NCBI GenBank assembly: GCA_964403585.1
Contig: CAYOFQ010000001.1
Coordinates: 12,456 to 76,455, forward strand
Source of the DNA: an uncultured Gammaproteobacteria bacterium
GTDB lineage: Bacteria; Patescibacteriota; Microgenomatia; JALYQM01
DNA: 64,000 bases
Direction: 5' to 3'
Shown: positions 1 through 7,900 of the stretch, in pieces
Layout: each line of letters begins with the position of its first letter
How positions within the stretch are numbered: position 1 is the first letter of the stretch
Made by a program: the position numbers and the translations under genes
The notes under the pieces: generated by a model
Database searches by the model: none
Told to the model about the DNA's origin: nothing
The model's input: only the letters and a program-made list of their open reading frames with translations

Positions 1-1640
1 CGCAAAGCAAGCAACTGGACGGCGGTATCCACCCGGGGCCTATAAGCAGCTGCCCGCTCCCAAAGTACTTCCTGAACATGCTGCTCTTGAGCTTGCCGCA
101 TCATCCGGTTACGCCGACCGGTAAGTTCAGGGAGGCATAAATCCCATCCGCAATCCACATATGGACAGCACGTCCCCATCTCTTTTTTATAGACAAATCC
201 CCGTCCGCAACCACCCCGCGAATAAGGACATATAATCCAGGCACCTTCCTTTTTCTCTCCGGGGGTGACACTTACTGCTATCGCTTCAGACTCACTAAGC
301 GCTGCTAAGCTCGCAACCACACTCCCCATAACCTGGCACACACTCCCCTTACTTCTCCCGTCAACTGCCTGACCATACGACCTCCGGGCTCTTTTTTCGT
401 CTGCAGCCGTTTTGACTTTCCCTTGCTTTTTATCGTTTTCAATCATTAAATCCTCATACCAGCGCTTGGCTTCATTTTCAAATCCATAGAGCGCCTGCCA
501 CAAGTCCTGCTCAGTTGCTCCTTCCTTGAGCAATTGGACAAAGTACTTTCGACTGTGTAACAAGGCGTTATGAAAACGGTCCACCAGCTCTTTGTCTTTA
601 AGCCGGGTTTCAATAAGCTCAATTTGTCGCCTCCAGGCTCCCCGGGTAAACCCCTTCATAAAAAACGCCTTTTTAAACAAAATCTCTTCTGTTTCTTCAA
701 CACACGCCTCCAACGCTTCAATTGAGTCTGCACTGAAGGTAGTTGAAAAAACTACGCTCATCAGATCTACATCACTCGGATTCCAGCGCATCGCATGGAT
801 ACGATGATAATGAGGGTCATCAGGATGAATGATATGCTTAGCCAACCGGCGATAATGTTCTCGGGTAAATTCGCCAATATGCGTCACCGCCCGAACCTCC
901 ACACAATTTTGATCCACTGCTTTGGCAGCATACTCATAAAGCAGGGTCCGCGTACCATAGCCCACTTTCTGTGCCGCAGCCGTCCTCCGGGGTGGTGCAC
1001 TGATCAGCACGTCCACCCTACCTTGCGCCTGCTCGTTAGAATCATTCAGTAAGGACAACCATCGGTCAAACATGTCGTTTGCAGTACGGAGGTAAATCCA
1101 GTCACGCAATTCCAGACTTTCCGGCATAACTTGAATTGCCCGCAGGTAACTAATGCGCACGTCTTCTCGTGACCATGCAGCGGCAAATGATTCCCCCTGG
1201 TGTTCCACAGCATCAAAAAACACCAACTTAGTTTCGCCCGTCTCCGGATGTCGCAGTACCTTGTGGCCAAACCGTGACGTACCACCGAGTACAAACTCTT
1301 CAGCCAAAGTACGCAAATTAGTCTCAACAATATTTTCAACTTCTTTAACACGGTTCCAATCCCCGGTAGTTGCTGCATATCGCATCGCATCTCGCATACG
1401 GACTTGTTCTGCTTTAACGTTACAAAATCGGGCAAAACCTTTTTTGGGCGGCGATACTTTTGGTTGTTCAATCGCTACCGCATTTAAATACTCCGCGGCA
1501 ACGCGTCGATAGGTCCGGATATCCCGCAAATCCACTCTGCTTGCTTCACGCAAAAAAGCAGCAAAACGCCGGTCAAATAGTCCTTGTTGCAATTGCTCAT
1601 GATCAACGGGAATTGTAGATTTGAATTGCTCGGAATCCAA
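1..1640 (-). CDS. Hypothetical protein with a central GNAT-like acetyltransferase motif and a Cys-rich C-terminal segment; partial, N-terminal ~545 aa, continues past the window start
   Basis: Manual reverse-complement translation gives one uninterrupted frame from about 1640 down to position 1. It is absent from the ORF track only because no stop lies in the window. It contains a GNAT motif-A-like stretch (RVDVLISAPPRRTAAAQKVGYGTRTLLYEYA) and a Cys-rich segment (ICPYSRGGCGRGF...CCPYVDCGWDLC). The only plausible start is TTG at 1640-1638, 4 nt after GAGGAGG; the first in-frame ATG is about 80 codons in. Confidence 0.5.
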   Translation of the reverse strand, partial: MDSEQFKSTIPVDHEQLQQGLFDRRFAAFLREASRVDLRDIRTYRRVAAEYLNAVAIEQPKVSPPKKGFARFCNVKAEQVRMRDAMRYAATTGDWNRVKEVENIVETNLRTLAEEFVLGGTSRFGHKVLRHPETGETKLVFFDAVEHQGESFAAAWSREDVRISYLRAIQVMPESLELRDWIYLRTANDMFDRWLSLLNDSNEQAQGRVDVLISAPPRRTAAAQKVGYGTRTLLYEYAAKAVDQNCVEVRAVTHIGEFTREHYRRLAKHIIHPDDPHYHRIHAMRWNPSDVDLMSVVFSTTFSADSIEALEACVEETEEILFKKAFFMKGFTRGAWRRQIELIETRLKDKELVDRFHNALLHSRKYFVQLLKEGATEQDLWQALYGFENEAKRWYEDLMIENDKKQGKVKTAADEKRARRSYGQAVDGRSKGSVCQVMGSVVASLAALSESEAIAVSVTPGEKKEGAWIICPYSRGGCGRGFVYKKEMGTCCPYVDCGWDLCLPELTGRRNRMMRQAQEQHVQEVLWERAAAYRPRVDTAVQLLAL

Positions 1641-1901
1641 AAAACCTCCTCAAGAATAATCACTCCCAAGAAGGCTACGTAAAATTAAGGAAATAAGAAA
1701 TATATTCCTGCTCGGGATGAATAACTTTTTGTCTGTTTTCTGACTTTACAGTAGCGGCACTGTCCCGGAATTCCACCGGAGTTACCAAAACAAAAAGAAT
1801 GTATATGCAAGGTATTAAATTTCTCGATTATTTGCAAGAAGAAATACCTGTCCAAAATTACCTATTTTTTTTAAACCAATTTTGATATAGTACAGATAGC
1901 T

Positions 1902-4900
1902 ATGAACCGTGATCTCGAGCGATTACAATACATTTTACAGCAACTCTCCCAAACCCTAGAAGAACTTCCTGCCGATGATTTTATCAAAACACGCAATGAT
2001 CGTCTTGCTATCTACCAGCAATTAAAAGACAAATACCCGGAACTGGTTAAAAGACTTGAAGACGAACCAAATGGCAGTAAAGCCTTTGAAAGAGGGGTCA
2101 TTGTCGACCTCATTTCAGCCATTGCAACCGATCTTAACAAACCGGTTTGGACAGCAATACCTACCAACCGCGACGAACTGATCAAAGAATATATCGATTC
2201 TCTCGAAGCATCACCAACCCAGAGCAGCGTTGCGCAATCCTACCAACGGGTAATGCAAGCTAGAAAACCCGGACAAACTTCTTTCCACCAGGCCTCCAAC
2301 GCGTTTGATGAAATCTACGATTCCACACAAAAGATAATCAATCCGGAAAACGTGCAATTCCCTGCCGATCATAGCGATCGTGCCCGTGATAATAAAGTAG
2401 TTGCGGATCAACTATCGACACGAATCGCCGAAATAGTTGCAGAAAACTCGTTTGGTGATCCGGAAGAACGTGCCGACACCATTGAAGAAGAAATTAACGA
2501 AGCCTATCGACAAATGTATAACGTCTCGGGCGTTACGAAAAGGCACCAGGAAGTTATTCGCCGTGAAGCGGAACGACTTGCCGCACTACCTGTTGAAACT
2601 CCGGAAATACCGTCATCAGGAAACGCCCTCACTGATGAAATCGCCAAAAAAATTGCCACTGTGACCATTGGTCAACAGGTTACTCCCGAACAAATTGCTG
2701 AAACTGCACAGGCAATAACTCCGCAAGTTCAGGCAGCAATAAATAATCCCGCAACCGACAAAACGCCTGATCAACAGGTTGCCGAAGTAATTCGCCAGGG
2801 GGTAGAGCAAACTATCGCTCCACTCGTTGATTCACCGGCAATAGATAAATACCTGCGTACAAGTACTAATTCATTTGTAGACATCCAGTCAGTTGAAAAC
2901 TTCCGTGAAGAACTTCCTCAAGCCGTCCAGCAAACTGCCTATCAGTCGGTGAACGAAGCGGTACAACAGCAACGCGGTATTTCCCCGGAAGCTGTTCAGG
3001 CGTATCAGGATCCGCAAGTCCAACAGGCACTCCAGCGCGCAATCGACACTACTGCTAATACCTTAAAAGTCGCTGCCAATCCTCGCGACAATGCCACCGC
3101 CATTCAGGAAGCCGCTCAGTCCATTATGGCCCAGGAAGTCTATACCTCACTCAAAGACGATCCCAGATACCAGCAGTGGAATCGGGATAAAGCCGGCTAT
3201 GAACAAGTAGCCCCCAGCCTTCAGGAATTAGTTACTATTGCCGCCGGAGGCATGGCCTCAGGATTCATGGATAAACAAGCCGAACATGCGGTCGCGCTAG
3301 CCCAGCGTGATGTAGCGGCCGCACCCCCGGTAGAAGCAGTTAGAAGCACCGCTCGCCAAATCGTCGATTCAGTTAAAGCATCACTTCCATCCGACATCAA
3401 TTTAAGCCGCGATGAAGAACAACAGTTATATAGCAAAGTAGTCAATACTATCGACGACAACACCTACCAGCTCCGGCCTTCCCCCGTCGAAACATTAAAA
3501 GAAAAAATTGCCACCGATATTGAAGAAGTAGTTATTAATGGTCCACAACGAGAAACCCTGGATTTGTCCGGTACACTGCAACAGATTGAACCTCAAATTG
3601 AACCGGCTCTTGGCAGATATAATTTTGAATTGACTAAAGCCGCCGCCGAAAAATCTCTTGACTATCTCGAAGCCCAAGCCAAAGCAGCTTTTCCAGCAGC
3701 CGAAACAGTTTCGATTAAAGCCGAGGACTTCCCTGCTCCACCGGCACCAACTCAGGAAGTTATTGTTACCGGTCGCGGCGAACGGGCAGCAGAAGTCTTT
3801 ACTCGCCCTGCGTCTTTGATTGTTAAGGAAGTTACACCAACGCTCCAGTTAGATGCCCAGGAACAAGCCGATCTCCAGGAACGATTAGAGCTGACGCTTA
3901 CCGGTATGGCTTCAGCGGGCAAAACCCGCCAGGAAATGCAGCAAAGAGTTGCCGAAATAATCGCCGAAAATCCTAAAGGAGTAGATTCGGACACTTTAGA
4001 CGCTGCTTTGAAACATGCCGATTTTATGGCCGAGGGTCAGGCCAAGGTTGGCCGCCGACAATTCAACAAAGTCATGGCCGGTCCGGAAGATGCCAGGGTT
4101 TACGACACCAACGCTGGCCAGGAACCTGCGACCAGTGAACTCGCCGGCAAATATGCCCAATCAATGTTAAATAATATCGATGGCGAATCCGCCAGTACGA
4201 AGTCAATTGTAGATGATGTTGCCAGAACACTGAAACTCGATAACCAGGAACGAAGAACACTCCAGGCACAGTTAGGGGCAGAGTTTAGCGGAATGGTAGC
4301 CGACGGTAGGACGCAACAGGAAATAAAAGAACGTGCTGCTGAAATTGTTTCTGCAATTCACGAAGAAAAATACAAAGAACTTAAAGAAAAAACAAAGCAA
4401 ACTAAGGAAGAAAAAGAGACATTAGAAAAAGCCGAAAAAGCCTTAAAAACAGCATTAGAGCAGGTAAATAATCAGGAACCGCCCGAAAGATCACGTCAAA
4501 TCGCAGGACAATTGATTGATTCGATGCAAAAGCAAGCCGCTTCAGGTGCATGGAAAGACGAACAAGCCCAACGCGAACTTGCTGCCTATGCTGCTCAACG
4601 TGAAGAGTTAATAAGAGCATTCGAAGTTGCCAAAATGAGTGGCGATGTGGCCGAAATGGATACTTTGCACAAGCTAATTATTGATAACGATCGTCACTTC
4701 ATTGCTTCCAACCAGAACACCATGCTTGCTTCCTACTATGACAGTGGTTCAGTCGAAAAGTATCAGAACGAACGCCTGCAAAAAATAGCTGCAGCTAAAG
4801 AAGCATATAAAGAACGCCAGGCAGAAATTCAGCAGCAAATGGACGAGAACCGTATCACAGCTCAGGAAGGCCTTGATGCTTTAAAAAGACTCCATAAAGA

Positions 4901-7900
4901 TAGCTCTGGTGAAATAACCCAAAACTTAATCGAATTGCAAATGCAATTGGATTCACAAGCCATCAAGAAATCCGACGAAGAAAAAATTCTGGCATTACAA
5001 AGAGCATATATTGGATCCAGAGAAGACCAGCGTCGACCCGCAACATCAGGTGAACTAAATGTACTGAAGCGTGGTTTAGAGGAAACCAACTGGTACGACC
5101 GCGGAAATTTCTTAGCCTCAACCACCGATAACGCCACCAGATCAGTTGAAAAACATGTCGGTGATATATTAGAAAAACTTGCTGAGCAGGACCCGTCAAT
5201 AAGATCCAGATTAGCCGGTACAGCATTCAGTGCTATTAAACGCGATACTGCCAGCGCGGTAATGCAGGATTTGGCCGCCACTACGAGTAAATCTGAAGTA
5301 CAGTTTTCTATTCTTTCTACACTAAAAACTACACTTGAGGATAAAGTTACCGAACTTACCGGAAAAAAGGTTAAACTTGATCCGGGATCCACTGCCGGTG
5401 ATCTCTTAGCCAATTCGGCGTCAAAACTCGCCGGAGATAAAAAAGTCCAGGCAGCCGCCGCCATGCAATCAATCATGCCTATCGTCCCCCATATGACCGA
5501 CGAAGTTGAAGAAGGCGATTTATATGGACACCGTGAAGCCATGCGCGAAATGATGGCTCAGGATTACGAAAAAGGCGTTCGTGACATTCAAAAAAATCTT
5601 GATCGGGAGATTAAAAGAGGATTACGAAAATACCGAAAAGCAGCCAGTACTCCCCCACCGGATTCTTCATCAGGAGTAATCATCACCGAAAGAGGAGAAA
5701 AAGCCTCGCAAAGTTTCGACCGAGCAGCAGCATTAATCGTTAAAGAAATAAATCCTACTTTAAACCTCGATATAAGCACTCAATACGAACTTCGTGAACA
5801 AATTGAGCTTTCATTAGTTGGCATGGCTTCAGCAGGAAAATCTCGCGCCGAGATGCGCGCCAAAGTACAAGAATTAGTAACTAAATACGCTGGCAACGTC
5901 TCAGACGATGTCCTAACTGCAGCATTAAAACACGCGGATTTTATGGCCGAAGGCCAAACCAGAGCAGGTCGACGGTTATTTAAAAAAGCCATGGCTGGTC
6001 CGGAAAACCCGCAATCATATGGCAATGATCTCCGCGATCAGGCCATCCAGGGAAGTTTTGACCAGACCGCCAATCGTCTCGCCAGCAAAGCCGCTAAAAC
6101 ATTTTCCATGGATGCTTATGATGAAGGCGAACTAAGACGACAAATATCTGACATGCTTGTCACCATGGCCCGTCAGGGTAAAACACAAGCAGAAATGCAA
6201 AGCAGCATCTCAAACTTGATCCAGCAGACCATTAGCACCACTGAAGGCGGTAAATTCCTCGCCGAAAGAGAACGGGAAAGCAAAATTGTCACCGGTAATC
6301 AGGCAATCTATCTTAGCCGAAAACAAAAGAGAGATCAGTTCTATCGTGAAGATGCCTCCATGTCAATTGCATCCCTTCTCGAAGCTGTACGTTCTGCAAA
6401 TCCAAACATCACTGATGACCAACTCAATGCCATTGCTGAAAACACCATTACCAACACGATGGGTGGACTTAAAATCGTCCCTATTCAAGCCAAAAAAGAT
6501 AATGGCGACCTGATGTTTGATAAAGATGGTCAGCCGGTTTATGTGACCAACGGGAAAGATGCTGATGGCAATGACCTGATTGAATATAAACTGGAAGAAG
6601 GCAGTAGTGTTTTCGGTGTCAACGGTATCATGGGCCTCTCAAAAACCCAGCTCCGTATGATGGCGAAAATGTCCCCTGCCGAACAACTGGAATACCTTTC
6701 CAAATTTGATGAGCTGCGACGACAGCAAATATTTAGCTCTTTATCCATCTCCTTAAAACACGAATTAATGCAATTTGGAGTGTGGACTCCTCAAATGGAG
6801 AAAAAACTCAACAGTCTACGCTTGAAAGATTTTTACGACCGCGACCAACAAGAAAGTTATATTAATAGCGCCATCGCCGATGCTCAAAACAAAGTTGGTC
6901 GACCATTAACCAATTCGGAAATTGCCCAAATCCGAGCAGAAATGAGCGCTAAATTAAATAAGAAGATGTCCGTTCAGGATGCTATCGCCTTCCACATGGA
7001 GCGCGGGTATTCCCTTGACCACTTTGTTAAACAATTCCGCGAAGATACGTTAAGGAAAATGCGCAACAACCGCGAAGATGAAGCATCCTTCTATGACTTA
7101 TCTCGAGCAAGAAACTCATTTAGTAATAATATCAACACCATTGAAGCATTACTCGATCCAAGATTTGCCCAGAAATATGCCCGCCGCAAAGTAAGAGCGT
7201 ATAAACGGGATGCTCAAAAATTCATACTTGGCGCCGTTGGAATCGATAAAGACTCTTCCTGGACTGCCTGGTTTGGCAGTATGGTAAACGGCACCTTTCA
7301 GCAAAAAATGATTGGCCATGAAAAAAATCTCGCCGCACTCTCTAAAAAATACAAAATGGATGTGGCTCAAATTGCCAAAACTGGAATCAAACCGAAAAAT
7401 ATATCGTTATTTAAGAGTTTAGAATTAGACCGAGCTATTCGCTCCCAACGCGGCTTAGACGCCATCAAAAAAGCCCGCGAAGCCAACCCGCGACTCGCAT
7501 TCCTCTTCGATAAACGCGCGCAACGCATGCAAAGTAATAAATATGAATTTTCTGCCGAATTGTTCGAAACCCTCCTCCACGGTTCAGCAGGAATTAAAGC
7601 GCTTCCTGGAGTTGTCTCCAGTAGATTAATGAATGCAACCATCAACAAAATACTTACCGAGGGCAAAGGTTTCCGTAACTTTTTTGTCTACGATCGCAAA
7701 AGCAGGCAAATTCTCTTTACTCCCTATGAAGAACTAAAAATGAAGCGCGATGAAGCAGTGAAACAGCTCAAGGAAGCAGCGTGGAATTCACGGCCAATGA
7801 TGTATGCGCGCGAACAGGGAGATAAAGTTAAAGAATACGCTAAAGATCAATTTAAGAAATATGTTTGGGATTCAAAGCCGGTCAAAGCAGTTAGAAATCG

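Noticed and set aside
4862-5542. 226-aa antisense ORF within the giant gene, with many other 60-100-aa internal ORFs at 2211-10091
   Set aside because: Nested in a continuous 8.6-kb sense frame with coherent domain content. The antisense frames have Ser/Leu-rich spurious composition.
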